From: Octopus vulgaris
Taxonomy: Eukaryota
NCBI GenBank assembly: GCA_951406725.2
Contig: OX597815.1
Coordinates: forward strand, 130,820,001-130,884,000
Reading direction: 5' to 3'
DNA length: 64,000 nt
The notes below the pieces were generated by a model. The model did not search any database. It was given only the letters and a program-made list of their open reading frames with translations, and was not told the origin of the DNA. Below, in pieces: positions 1-16,140 of this stretch (position 1 is its first letter; the number at the start of each line of letters is the position of its first letter). A program made the translations under genes and the position numbers.

Positions 1-359
1 AATATCAGGTAGATGACAATTCGAAGAGATCAGGAAAAAAAAAACCAGAGGATAAAACCAAACACAATGAAGGAATGAATGGAAAAGATCTGACAAGAGA
101 TAGAGAGTAGATGCCCAAATCCAATAGTTATGGAAAGAAAACAAGTAAAACAGGGGGATAACAATGGTAGATTTGATTGATTGATTGATAATATATCAAG
201 AATGAACATTTGTCAGAATTTTAAAAATAGCATGGCTGCTTTGCAATCACATGGGATTTGGGTTCAGTATTGCTTTGAAGTACCTTAGACAAACATCTAC
301 TATTATAGTGCTGGACCGATCAATGCCTTGTGAATGAACTTGGTAGATGGAGATCGTAC

Positions 360-552
360 ATCATCATCATCATCATCGTCGTCATCGCTTAACATCTGCT
401 TTCCATGCTGGCATGGGTTGGTCAGTTTGACTGAGAACTGGCGAGCCAGAAGGCTGCACCAGGCTCCAATCTGATCTGGCAAAGTTTCTACAGCTGGATG
501 TCCCTCCTAATGCCAATCACTCTGTGCCACTGGCATGAGGGCTAGTCAGGCA
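360..552 (-). mobile_element. RTE 3'-tail element (short truncated LINE or RTE-derived SINE)
   Basis: Reverse complement of the 3' end of the RTE at 32340-32497 including the (GAT)n tail. Similar copies at about 15657-15801(+), 20760-21100(-), 22680-23145(+), 23150-23440(-), 26360-26600(-), 26650-27340(-), 27520-27840(-), 27850-28150(-), 34250-34550(-), 36945-37325(+), 43860-44470(-), 46580-46840(+), 51985-52235(-), 59068-59210(+). Confidence 0.85.
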
Positions 553-574
553 GTTATATATACATATTATGCAT

Positions 575-1111
575 CTTTTATTTGTTTTAGTCATTAGACT
601 GCGGCCATGCTAAGGCACTACCTTGAAGAATTTTAATTGAATGAACTGACCCTAGTACTTATTCTATTAGACTCATTTGTTGAACTGCTAAGTTAAAAGG
701 ACATACACACAGTACAGACACACAAACATATACATATGCATACATACACATATACATACATACGTATATATACACATATGTATACATACATACGTATATA
801 TACACATATGTATACATACATACATATATATACACATATGTATACATACATATATATATACACATATGTATACACACATATATATATACACATATGTATA
901 CACACATATATGTATATACATATGTATACATACATATATGTATATACATATGTATACATACATATATGTATATACATATGTATACATACATATATGTATA
1001 TACATATGTATACATACATATATGTATATACATATGTATACATACATATATGTATATACATATGTATACATACATATATATACATACATATGTATACATA
1101 CATATATATAC

Positions 1112-1156
<45 letters not shown>

Positions 1157-2643
1157 CATGCATATACATACATGCATATACATACATGCATATACATACA
1201 TACATATACATACATACATATACATACATATATATACATACATACATATATATACATACATATACATACATATATATACATACATACATATACATACATA
1301 CATATACATACATACATATACATACATACATATACATACATACATACATACATATACATACATACATATACATACATACGTATACATACATACGTATACA
1401 TACATATGTATACATACATATGTATACATACATATGTATACATACATATGTATACATACATATGTATACATACATATGTATACATACATATGTATACATA
1501 CATATGTATACATACATATATATATATACATATATATACATACATATGTATACATACATATATATATACATATATATATATATACATATGTATACATACA
1601 TATATATATACATATATATATACATATGTATACATACATATATATATACATATATATATATACATATGTATACATATATATATATACATATGTATACATA
1701 CATATATATATACATATATATATACATATATATATACATATATATACATATATATATACATATATATATACATATATATATATACATATGTATACATACA
1801 TATATATATACATATATATATATACATATGTATACATACATATATATATACATATGTATACATACATATATATATACATATGTATACATACATATACATA
1901 TGTATACATACATATATATATACATATGTATACATACATATACATATACATATGTATACATACATATACATATACATATGTATACATACATATATATATA
2001 CATATGTATATATACATATACATACATACATATACATATGTATACATACATATACATATATACATACATATACATATATACATACATATACATATATACA
2101 TACATATACATATATACATACATATACATACACATGTATACATACATATACATACACATGTATACATACATATACATACACATGTATACATACATATACA
2201 TACACATGTATACATACATATACATACACATGTATACATACATATACATACACATGTATACATACATATACATACACATGTATACATACATATACATACA
2301 CATGTATACATACATATACATACACATGTATACATACATATACATACACATGTATACATACATATACATACACATGTATACATACATATACATACACATG
2401 TATACATACATATACATACACATGTATACATACATATACATACACATGTATACATACATATACATACACATGTATACATACATATACATACACATGTATA
2501 CATACATATACATACACATGTATACATACATATACATACACATGTATACATACATATACATACACATATATACATACATATACATACACACACACACGTT
2601 TACATACGTATATCTACATATACATGCATACACACACACATGA

Positions 2644-2678
<35 letters not shown>

Positions 2679-2815
2679 TATGACAGGCTTCTTTCAGTTT
2701 CCATCTACCAAATTTACTCACAAGGCTTTGGTCACCTCCGAGGCTTTTGTACAAGGTGGTATGCAGTGGAACTGAACCAAGAACCATGTAGCTGGTTCTT
2801 ACCACACAGCCATGT
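575..2815 (-). mobile_element. tRNA-derived SINE (internal-microsatellite family) with a ~2-kb expanded microsatellite
   Basis: 3' half (CAGTCATTAGACTGCGGCCATGCT...) at 575-725 and 5' half (GCTTCTTTCAGTTTCC...CACAAGGCTTTGG...CTTACCACACAGCC) at 2681-2815 flank the satellite, with the same layout as intact copies such as 12257-12657 and 53393-53787. Confidence 0.8.
725..2680. repeat. Compound (TA/CA/TG) micro-/minisatellite
   Basis: Includes about 18 near-perfect copies of 24-bp CATACATATACATACACATGTATA (about 2120-2560). Confidence 0.97.
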
Positions 2816-3474
2816 CTGTGCAAATACACACACACACATTATGTCTATATGTCTATGCTTGTTACATCACAACCAACTGACCACAGGTGCTGGTTCGTTT
2901 CCATCTCTGTAACTTAGCAGTCGGACAAAAGATACCAATAGAGTATATACCAGACTTAAAAAGACAGTTTCACTAAAGCCCTACAAAGCAGTGTCCCAAC
3001 ATGGTTGCAGCCCAATGACTAATACAAGTGTAAGATTAAAGAATTCTCCAGCAGTAAATTGGCAAAATTTTAAAAGATTTGATCCTAAAATGTTCATAAT
3101 TAATTTTCCCTAGTTTCTTAAAATACAGTCGAAGCAGGAAAGTTTTTCTTCTGTCATACTAACAGCAATGGAATGATTTTAATTTGTTCAAATAATTGTA
3201 ATTGTGTGAGCAATTATTTTGATAGTAGGAAGTAAGATAAGCCTGTTGAGGGAATGTTACCACTTTTAGGTCTAGCAAACTGGAAAAAGCAAACTAATTT
3301 GCAAAAAGCTTTGAAAAATTCCAGTACCTTCTACTTGCTAAAGCCACTGGGCTATGGCCATGCTGAAGCATTGCCTTGAAGGGCTTTAGTTGAACAAATT
3401 GGACTCTGTTTTTATGAAGACTGAGACTTATTCTTTCAATCTCTTTTGTTAAATTACTAAATTATATATATTCT

Positions 3475-3681
3475 TTATTCTCTTATTTCTTTCAGTCACT
3501 TGACAGTGGCCATGCTGGAGCACTGCCTTTAGTTGAACAAATAGACCCCAGGACTTATTCTTTGGAAGCCTAGTACTTATTCTAACAGTCTCTTTCGCCG
3601 AATGGCTAAGTTACAGGTACGTAAACACACCAATATCGGTTGTCAAGCGATGGTGGGGTGGGGGCAAACACAGACACACAA

Positions 3682-3720
<39 letters not shown>

Positions 3721-3880
3721 GTGGCCTTCTTCTTTAGTTTCCGTTTGCCAAATCCACTCACAAGGCTTTGGTCAGCCTAACACTATAGCAGAAGACACTT
3801 GCCCAAGGTGCCATGCAGCGGGATTGAGCCAGGAACCATGGAGTTGGGAAGCAAGCTTCTTACCACACAGGCCACGCCAG
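3475..3880 (-). mobile_element. tRNA-SINE, internal-microsatellite family
   Basis: Full-length copy with internal (TA)(CA) tract. Other copies or halves at 23845-24250(-), 24875-25280(-), 25840-26245(-), 51300-51570(-), 44480-44765(+), 58895-59450(+, interrupted). Probably one of the described octopus SINE families; exact name not verified. Confidence 0.85.
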
Positions 3881-5849
3881 CATCTACACACACACACACA
3901 CACATACATACATACACTGAGGACAGGCTTCTGCACAGTTTTTGCTAACTAAATGCATTTACAAGGCATTGGTTGGCCCAGAGCTATAATAAAAGTCACT
4001 TGCCCAAGATGCCATACAGTGAGACTGAACCTGAAATCATATGGTTGCAAAGGGGGCTTGTTAGCCACACAGCAGGACATCTTGCAGTCACAACATTGAG
4101 CTCAAGTTCATGGTTTTAGCCCCAGAGGTCACTGCAACAATCTCTAGGGATGAAACCCTATCATGCTACGAAATGTTCAAAAGATTACAACATAATATAT
4201 TGACACTAGAGTCAATAAACTCAATATGATATTGATAAGATATGAAACATCTGCATGATGTAATACATTGAAAAGAAAACCTATATTTGATCATATAAAG
4301 GACAAAAGAGAAAATTAGAAGCACCACAATTTCAACAGTGCCTAATTAAGAGTTAAAAAAATGTGTTAAGTTTTATCATACTGCAATTAAAATACACTAC
4401 CTATATTTCAGTTAATTTTGAAAATAATGAGGAAATTAGTAAATGAGCTTTGTCATTTTTAAGCTGGTGTTTGGAGCATGAATTAGCATGAACCTTTGAT
4501 GGAAGATTTTAACTTAATCACTTTAAAACAAGAAGTTTGCATTATAGAACCAAGTGCAGGTTCAGGCATGTTGGTGTCAAAGTGGTTAATATAGCTTCAC
4601 ATATACAATTTGGGGTGATTCTCTTGATATTTTTTTGGTGAAAAATGTGTCTTATATGCCCTACAGTAATTTCAATAACCTTATTTGTGTGCTTGAAATG
4701 GTTTAATCATTTATTTTTCAGCTTCATTAATGCCTATCATTAATTTCAGCAGCCACTCATTTCCAATCCTCGCCCAACTTCTATTCATTTTCTCACTGAC
4801 CTTCAACTGGTAAAAATAAGACTGATACATAAATACATGTCACCATGTTATTGTAGAAGGATGTAATTCTTGAAAGAAAAAAGAAAAAAAAACCTAAGCA
4901 ACAACAAAAAAAAACCCAACAGACTTAAATGCTTTAGTAATGTTTTAAAATGATAAGAACACACAAAAGGTTATTATTCACTATCAGAACAAGACATAAA
5001 CTCATAAATTCTCAATCAATACCCTTTCTGATAGATATGCCATAAAAGGTATTGATTCAACTGATCAGCCTCATATTCTTCTCAGGAACATTTTAATTCC
5101 CCACCTACAATTTTCGACCATAAAATTAACATAATTGTACAAGACCTGCTTAAACCATCTCCTTTATAATTAGGAATCATTTTTCTTGCAAAACAGTACA
5201 ATGATTATAATAATAATAAATATCTTCGTCTGCTAAACAATTCCTTTATGGTGCAGTATAAAAAAAAACCCATTGAATCAAATGTTATTTTTGGGGGGTG
5301 GGGGATAGAGGAAGGGAGGTCATTAGGTTATTGGTGCAGTTTCATTACATTTTATACATCCTTCATCTAAGGCCAATGTATTATTAATAATTTTTAGGAC
5401 TTGGAAGAGGGAGATGAATCATTCATGTTTCAACTATAGTGAAATCCACTTTTGTTATCTCATACAGAACATCATAAGCAAATGGAAGTCACAAGTAGGT
5501 CTGGAGCCTTTATAGTATACAATTAGAAATGAGGAAAAGCTATATAATAACATATCTGTCTCGTGTTGCAGTGAAAGAAGAAGAAAAAGATTAAGTGGAG
5601 GCAAAGGGCTGAAGTAAGCCATCTTATATATGTGATAATCACACTGCAGCAGGATTACAAATGCTGGCATTCACACGAAATTGATTTCCTTACATATGTG
5701 CTACATTGATGTAATTAATAAATAGGCCATGCCAATTAAAAACAAACCACGAGGGAGAGAGAGTACCTTAATACTGATAGAGCTAACATTGCAAAATAAA
5801 CTCATTAGTTGAAAGAAAAGTACTCAAATTTTTACAACATTCATATACA

Positions 5850-7540
<1,691 letters not shown>

Positions 7541-7751
7541 TAAAATTGAAGTTATTTAAAAGTTAGAAGATATAGAGGATCAATTCCATCTCAATCACAA
7601 ATATTTTAATTAATTTTTTTTTTAACTAAACAGTTTCATACTTCGAATACTGGTAGAATTTCTCACATAGAACACTGTCTGCTATGAACGTTTTTGACAA
7701 AATCTCGTATTTTAGAAGTTATTTCGTGTTAAAGATGGAAACAATGTGAAG

Positions 7752-7804
<53 letters not shown>

Positions 7805-8454
7805 CATACAAGTATAATAATTTAAAACAAATTGGATTTTTGCAAGTCCACAGAAATGTCAGTGTTTTGTTTTCACTTCTCATTAATTGGAGCTAGCAAA
7901 ATGATTGACAAATATATCTGTTGTTGTGGTTGGGGGTTATGAATTAACAGAGACTACATATGCTTTTAAGCCAACAAGAAATACAGCTTATAGATGATAT
8001 TATTTAAAAAAAAACAAAAACAGACAAAACAATCAGAAACAAACAATAAGGGTGAAAAACAGTGTTATTGACTAATTTAAGGGGGAAATAGAATTTTTAA
8101 GAATGTTAATTGATTGGAAACTAAGACAAGAGTATAAAATATTGAATGAGTAATAGACTGGACATGTAAGATCATCCACCTGTCGGTTGAAGTGTAGAAC
8201 ATATGTAATATAACAACACATGCATCTTGCAGATTTCTTCAAATCACTGCTCTGTGTGTGTGTGTGTGTGTGTGTTAAAATAGACAAAAGCAACCAAAGC
8301 TTCGGAACCCCTCCCCACTACCAGCTTTCTTGAAGGTTAAATGTAACATCAAATAGTAAACAAAAACTATCATTATTGATTGAGGGATGAAATTAAATCA
8401 TGGAAATCAAGAATAAATGTTATCAAATGCCAATATATGTCTGTAAGTGCATAT

Positions 8455-8850
8455 ATTTATATGTGTATATGTATGTGTGGGTGTGTGGGTGTGTGTGTGT
8501 CTGTACGTGCATATGTGTATGTGCATGTGCATACGTGTATGTGTGTATGTATGTATCTATGTGCATGTGTGTGTATATGTATATATGTATGTACGTATGT
8601 GTGTGCGTGTATGAATGTGTGTGTACGTATGTCTGTCCGTATGTGTGTGTGTGTGTATATCTGTACGTATGTGTGTGTCTACGTATATCTGTACGTATGT
8701 GTGTGTCTACGTATATCTGTCCGTATGTGCGTGTGTACACGTATATCTGTACGTATGTGCGTGTGTACACGTATATCTGTACGTATGTGTGTGTGTACGT
8801 ATGTCTGTATGAGTGTGCTTGTATGTATGTGTATATACATGTATATAATA
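8455..8850. repeat. Degenerate (TG/TA) microsatellite
   Basis: Repeated GTGTGTACACGTATATCTGTACGTAT-like units. Confidence 0.9.
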
Positions 8851-10891
8851 TATGTAATAATCAGTTTCCACAATGCATATATTATTATTATTATTATATT
8901 ATCATCATCATCCATCTGCAAAGACCTAGATATATTTTTGTAAATCCGATTTAACACCACAGCCTGACCCTTGATGGCCTTCAAGCAGAAGAAGCCCTCT
9001 GTTGTAAGCATTCGAAAGACCTGTAACCCGGATTGATAGTAACCCATAACCCATGAGATAGCTTATTCCCTCCAGCATCACCACTTGTGTCATAGACCCA
9101 GCAGGAAAGGTCACAGACACTAACCACCCTTCATCCATAGACCGATCCACAAATTAAAAACAAAAATTACAAATGCATCGAATTTTTAATGTAATTCATC
9201 AGAACGCTCTTTTTTCTTACGAAGGTCATTTATTTTATTTATTTATTTTTATTGATACACATTATTGATTCAGTTAGTTAATCTAACGCCACCCCCGTCT
9301 TTTACATATGTATGAACCGAAATATTAGACTATTCCTCCCACCAACTTGGCGTCACGTGTGAATAGCAATTCGACCAACACACACAAGTGTTGGCTTCAC
9401 TTTATTGCTTTCAAATTCACAAGAAAAAGCAGACGATTGATTTAGGTGAATAGCCAGTTGCTTATTAACACGGTGCAGCCTTGTACCTCCACCACCAATG
9501 TAGTAACAACATAGGCACTCACTGCTGTAAGCATTATCGCAACAACGACACTGGATTTACGGGGATTCACTCGTCACATTGCAGACAATAAATCGAGTTA
9601 ATAATTTCTTTAAGGGTTTTCCTTTAACAACAGTAAGAAAATAACAATAATAATAATATCAAGAATGATTCCTTATATTTTCCACATGGGTATTAGTTGA
9701 GGGGGTACATTGCAAAGACAGTGTACAATTTGTGTGGGAGTTTATATAACAGATGAGTGGGAAGAAAAAGAAAAGGGGGTGGAATGAGAAATTTATTCCT
9801 AAAGAAAAGATGAATTTATATTTTCTCTGTCAACTACAAAAACAGAAGTTTTATTTTATCTTTTTTATTCCACCTTCATCTCCCCGCTCTAAGGTAAAAG
9901 TAGACATTATGTGAGAGCGGTCAACCGTATAATCTGAAGTAAACCAATCTATTCATAGAGAAAGAAAAAAAAACTTGATTTACATATGTGAGTCTGTACT
10001 CACATTCCCAAATGTGCATCCGCATAGTAGGGAAGGAGTAAGGAAAGACGAGGAGATTGATTTTCTTGGAAGGTGAGGTGATAACTTCCTGCAAATATCT
10101 ATGTAAATCAATTTAGTTGATCGCATTGCTTCGAGAAATCAGTGCCTCACAAATAAATTGGTGCATTTTCTAATTACTTTATACAGCATTTATTGCAGGT
10201 CGATAAGGTTTGTTACTTATCTCAAAAAGAAGTTGTACAACAGCAGGGTTTCATTGTCATATATATATGTAATATACCCGAAGTATAATCAATCAGCTAA
10301 ATTGTTACTAGTAGTGTTCAATAATAAAATTGCTTGAATGACTACGGATAAAATATAACAACTTCACTTCGAAAACGTCTTTAAGAAGATTATACATAAA
10401 TATCTTTTAATATTAATTAATATATTAGAACGATCATCGATACGTAAGCTGGAGAGCGTATAAAGTGATGGGTTGTATTACTGGGTGCAAATGCTACAAT
10501 AAATGAGTGAATTAAACTTTTCAATTATGAAATTAATGAATAAATAAATCCCTGATAATTCAGGAAATGTAAATTGAAACTATTATAAAAAAAAGTAGTT
10601 TTCTTTTAAACCAGTCAAACAATATCCAGACTTATTTTGGGGGAGGAAAAACAACGTGTTAAATGTCAAATTAATATTCCATATTTTAAAGAAAGCAAAC
10701 AATTCCAATGAGAGGAAAATGTTTAAAATTGAGATTGTGTTTAAGTGAATTGTTTCAATGATACTAAGATCATTTGATCCAATATCACAAATATATATAT
10801 ATTTATATATATTAAAAGACAAAAAAAGGATTATACTTGAAATAAGCACTTTCTTTCCCATATACACACATACACACGAACGCATGTAAGT

Positions 10892-10942
<51 letters not shown>

Positions 10943-11125
10943 CATACACACCGGAGTAAACACAAATGTGAAACAAGGTGGAAAAAAGAGTACTCAAATA
11001 CCAGGGATAGAGTAATATGCTTTATTTAAAAGCAGCATACTTTAAAATCCATCTATCTATCAATCTACTACTTCCTATAGACACACATTCACTACATATA
11101 CAGACACATACAGATTATACACATT

Positions 11126-11167
<42 letters not shown>

Positions 11168-12118
11168 CATTGCAAAGGTGACTAATACCCAGGATTGGCT
11201 TGTTTGTCCAAGCACATGATGAAGCCTACCCAGACAAAGAATCATCTACTAGGATAAGAATGGGAAGGTACACGAGAGAGAGAGAGAGAGAGGGGGGGAT
11301 CGTTAACATATACAAGTACATGTATATGCACATACACAATAACTAACACACATGTACATAATACATGCATATATGTACATACGTACATAATTAAAATACT
11401 TGCTTATTAATATTGTCTTAATTCCAAGAGCGTTCTCTAGGCTAGAAACCAGCACTTTCTCCATTAGTAAACACATACACACACATATATGTGCATACAT
11501 ACATATATATATACAGGTGTGCATACGTACATACAAACACACGCTTCTATGAAATTTAATGCCCTAAACTGCAGATTGTTGGAAGTTCTGTAAAATCATT
11601 GGGGTCATCTGCACCTGCAGTATTCGTGGTTTCAAAAGCCAGCGTTGTCACCTATGAAAGGTCACATGTCAGGAGACCAATATGAGATGTTTATATGGAT
11701 ACAGTTGCATTAGTTCCTCACGAGAAATGCTATCCTTTATGTTCAATGGTGTGCACATCTACTGCCGGCTTGAAAATCCATTTTGGATGAATGAATGAAC
11801 AAGGTCAAAGCTACTAATGCTTAAGTCCTTGATCAAATTTCATGCTGTATAAACAATAGGGGTTTGATAGTCACCTAAGGTTCCAATGCAGAGAAGTTAA
11901 CACACCTGACATGGATACATGAATGTAATAGAGTGGCTATGCTTCAAAGCTGATGGACACACACACACTGCACTTACGGGTATGTGTGTGTATATTATAT
12001 ATATATATATATATACAAACACACACACATAAATACTAACAGTAGCATATGTACAGATGAATACTACCACACGTCAGTAAAATATGTACAGATGCACACT
12101 ATGACGACACACAGTAAC

Positions 12119-12159
<41 letters not shown>

Positions 12160-12216
12160 CACACACATATATACACACACATATACACACACATATATAT
12201 ATATACACACACATAT

Positions 12217-12256
<40 letters not shown>

Positions 12257-12410
12257 GTGGTAAGTAGCTTGCTTACGAACCACATGGTTCCGGGCTCAGT
12301 GCCTCTGCGTGGCACATTGGGCAAGTGTTTTCAACTATAGCCTCGGGCCGACCAAACCCTTGTGAGTAGATTTGGTAGACGGAAACTGAAAGAAGCCCGT
12401 CGTATATATG

Positions 12411-12465
<55 letters not shown>

Positions 12466-12657
12466 GTGTGTCTGTCTGTCCCCCTCAACATCGCTTGACA
12501 ACCGATGCTGGTGTGTTTACGTCCCCGTAACCTAGCAGTTCGGCAAAAGAGACCGATAGAATAAGTACTAGGCTTACAAGGAATAAGTCCTGCGGTCGAT
12601 TTGCTCCAGCATGGCCACAGTCAAATGACTGAAACAAGTAAACAAGATTAAAGAGTA
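12257..12657 (+). mobile_element. tRNA-SINE, internal-microsatellite family (CpG-intact copy)
   Basis: GTGGTAAGTAGCTTGC...GGTTCCGGGCTCAGT head, internal (TA)n, tail ...ATGGCCACAGTCAAATGACTGAAACAAG. Confidence 0.9.
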
Positions 12658-12664
12658 CACACAT

Positions 12665-12712
<48 letters not shown>

Positions 12713-12908
12713 GGACAAGATCGCTAATTTAAGTTAAATAACGATCTTATCAAGTGGCCAGCATGGAAATAAAAACCTTCAAAGGTAATAATTATTATTA
12801 TTAAAATTATAATTAAAATTAGTTTTAGAGTCAGATCTTGGCTGCTATTTTCAGCATGGTGGTATCTCTTAGATACCCTAAATTATATATATATACATAC
12901 ATACATAT

Positions 12909-13091
12909 ATGTTTATACACACACATATATCACTTATATACATATATATATAGCGGTTTGTTCTTCCTACTTGTGCAGAGTCGCTCTCTCTCTCTCTATA
13001 TATATATATACATACATACATGTTTATACACAGACATATATCACTTATATACATATATATATAGCTGTTTGTTCTTCCTACTTGTGCAGAG

Positions 13092-13182
<91 letters not shown>

Positions 13183-13245
13183 GTGTGTGTGTGTACTTAT
13201 ATATATATATATGTGCGTGTTTATACACAGACATATATCACTTGT
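12909..13245. repeat. Local tandem duplication (~110 bp, two copies plus a partial)
   Basis: TGTTTATACAC...GTTCTTCCTACTTGTGCAGAGTCGCTCTCT occurs at about 12910 and 13020. Confidence 0.85.
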
Positions 13246-14019
13246 GTATATATATGTATATATATATATATTTATATATATATGCATACACACACTATCA
13301 CCAATATATATGTTTGTACCCATACATGCTCATACATTAAAATATATATGCATAAACAGAATATATTTATTACATACACACAACAACACAGGGAAATAAA
13401 TTAAGGACAATATATGTGTTGGTGAATGTAACTGATCTGAAACCTAACAACTGTAACTGTCAAATAAGGTTTTCTGTAACACTGTTGAATAAACCAATAC
13501 TTCACCTAAAACTAAACATAATGCCATGACATAAAGTCAGCTGATAGACAGATTGCGGAACTAGAGTGGGGTTGGAATTGAAACATTTCTAGAATTGAAA
13601 TCATAGTTGAAAGAAATCAATTTAAGAGAAGAAGAAGAAAAATGCAAACGAGAAGTTAATACAAATAAAAAAAAAATCTTTAAAAAAACTGTGCAACAGC
13701 CATACAAAAATTAAACACACGATATGTCGATATAATAAACAATTGATTATATTAAATGGAAACTCCCACCCGTTTACGTGAGTTGGCAGTTGATAAGAAA
13801 ATAAATTGTCAATTTATTTTTTATAAAGAATCAATAAAGTGGCGTCTCCCATGTGAGTTATTTTTGTCAACAATAAAAAAAAAAAAAACGGGAGGGTGTA
13901 TCATTTTCTCATGCACACACCCCGGTAGGACGAGATATAAGAGGACTGGTTCAACAATCTATGCAAATATATGCATGGGAAAAACAACCAAATCATAAAT
14001 ATGTAAATGAGCAACCTAC

Positions 14020-14097
14020 CTGCACAGCCCTGTTCAGAGCAGTAGCAGCTGACAATGCAAACTTCTTCATCTTGGCGTTAACTGAATCAAAATCCAT
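14020..14097 (-). CDS. SH3GLB: Endophilin-B (SH3GLB1/2-like) first coding exon, N-terminal amphipathic H0 region
   Basis: Minus strand reads ATG...GTG CAG|GTAGGT = MDFDSVNAKMKKFALSAATALNRAVQ with a phase-0 donor. This matches the endophilin-B N-terminus as I recall it (human B1 MNIMDFNVKKLAADAGTFLSRAVQ), where an intron also follows RAVQ. Exon 2 (xTEEKLG...) was not found in 1-14019, so intron 1 is >14 kb. Confidence 0.85.
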
Positions 14098-14710
14098 AAT
14101 CGCATCAGTTTTATACAATTGACAACCAGTTCCGGTTATTACCGCAGTGAATAATATGCATTTATACTATATATATATATTTTTCCTAATTATAGTAGAA
14201 TTGGATAATATAAGATATTTCTTAAATGTTTAAAAAATTTTAGAAACATGAACAAATTTTCAGAATTCATAATTTTTTTATTTTAATATATAAAAAAATG
14301 AATATATTGGCTCCTGCTTTCGTTACTATGGCAAGCGTCAAAATGGTAGTTTATATCGTCTGCTGACTTAGGTTGGTTTCTTACATAATTTTTCGGGTCT
14401 TATTTAATAACTCACAATAATAATGTAGAAAAATGATGATAATCCTTTCTTTGTTTATCACAAGGGAGATATATGAGGGCATATTACGAGGGAAAATTGC
14501 CTAAACAGTTGTAGTTTACATAGAACCAACTACGAGAAACTTAGCCTGAAAACAAGGTATCAGCAATGGTGTAATTTTTTTTTTCAAAACAAATAATCAT
14601 AAATAAAATTTTCAATTAATTTTTTTATGTATATAAGAATAAACTTTCTACTAAAATATGACAGTTACTTTAAATATTTTATTTTGATGAAATTATTTAT
14701 ACAAATACAG
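14098..14710. promoter_or_regulatory. Probable bidirectional promoter / 5' UTR region between endophilin-B and the plus-strand gene
   Basis: Lies between the minus-strand ATG and a CpG-rich plus-strand exon ending in a GTAATG donor. It is free of interspersed repeats, retains CpGs, and has an ETS-like TTCCGG near 14150. TSSs are not visible from sequence. Confidence 0.5.
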
Positions 14711-14831
14711 TTGCATCTTCGGCGGGAGCTGGACGATTTTGACTTCATTAGCGTCCCGTTACCTTCGAATTTTCTTATGATGGTCGGAAGGTATATGTAT
14801 GTTCCAGCGCTCAGCTCCACAACTTCACTCG
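14711..14831 (+). other. Candidate 5' (probably untranslated) exon of the plus-strand gene
   Basis: CpG-rich island in AT-rich flanks, preceded by CAG (14708-14710) and followed by the donor CG|GTAATG at 14832. Confidence 0.4.
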
Positions 14832-15068
14832 GTAATGTAGTTGCCTCAAAATTTTTTTAGAAATATATTCTAGTATTTTCCGGAGAAAATCATTTTGTTT
14901 ATTTACGAACTTTGCTTACTTTTATATATTTTTTTGTTACTATTTTTGTTTTGCAGATTACTTTTGTTCAAGTTACTTTTGATTTAAAAATTAAGCTATT
15001 TCGTTTTCATTTTTATTTATTTTTCTCCAAATATGGATTTCTTAATTCGTATTTTCATTTCTCTACGC

Positions 15069-15302
15069 CAGTGGTCCACAACTGGGGTCCATATAAGATT
15101 TAGTTGTTAAGGATCATGTACAATAAATAGGTTACACTTCTACAATACACAAAACATTAAATTTTGTTTTTCACAATTATCAATAATATTTAATTATAAA
15201 CATATAATGGGATTTCTTAAAACTTCAAATGGCTATGGAAGATCAGTAGAATAAAACAGGGATCAAAGGGTCCATAGGCAAAACATGGTTAAGAACCTCT
15301 TG
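15069..15302. mobile_element. hAT-type MITE (degenerate)
   Basis: Begins CAGTGGTCCACAAC and ends GTTAAGAACCTCTTG; a related fragment lies in reverse at about 52240-52370. Confidence 0.5.
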
Positions 15303-16140
15303 TCTACACCTTGCACTAAACATTTTTCTCAATATTTCATTGAAGAGCAACCCCCTGAAATTACTCTTCTCTTCAGATTAAACTGTATAAAAGAGAAACG
15401 AGATGGAATTCCAGAGGGTTGATGTTATGGGAAGGAAGGAATGTGTATAGTGGTTTATGCAAATGGTAGCATACTTAAGAAGAGTGGGGTGACAAGGGGC
15501 AGTCTATCTTGGCCGATGCTTTTATTAGGGTGGCACTTTTAGGTTGGCTGTATAAGGCCTAGTGGGATAGGATAGCAAACAAAAAGGCTGCCCCTGGGCA
15601 GCACAAACTTTAGCTACACTACTGAATGCAGGAACAAAAAATCATTGAGATAAATTTGGCGTTAGGAAGGGCATCCAGCCGTAGAAACACTGCCAGATTT
15701 GACTGGGCCTGATGAAGCCCTCTGGCTTCACAGACCCCAGTAGAACCGTCCAACCCATGCTAGCATGGAAAACGGACGCTAAACGATGATGATGATGATG
15801 ATACAAATGTGTGATAAGAAGAAGAGAGACAAATGAATTGGATGAGTCTGCTGTCAGGTGAGCTTACATGAGACTAGATAGTTTGAAGAAACAGGGGCCA
15901 TGGCAGTATCTGTAAAAAAAATTTTTAAATAAACAAAAACAAAAAAAAAACAGGAAGGAGACTGTATAGCTAAGTGCTGGTGGTTGAAGTTATTGGTTAA
16001 TTAATTCCCAAGCCAATCAGTTGTTAGGTGATCTTTTTGCGAATACAGCGAATACAGCTGCAACACCAACTTAGTTGTAGTATTAGTACTCCATTGGGTG
16101 TTTCAGTTAAACCTTTACATTAAAAGAAAGACGTTTCAGT

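Noticed and set aside
3110-3165. Minus-strand MTEEKL as endophilin-B exon 2
   Set aside because: The nearby AG puts it out of phase, and it continues SCFDCILRN* rather than GxxExTExD.
11545-11955. Possible old LINE RT fragment
   Set aside because: Only faint motif echoes; I cannot support a call without a search.
15705-15740. CTGATGA-AGCC-CTCT-GGCT as a hammerhead
   Set aside because: No GAAA box follows, and other RTE-tail copies read CTGGTGCAGCC, so it is a chance mutation.
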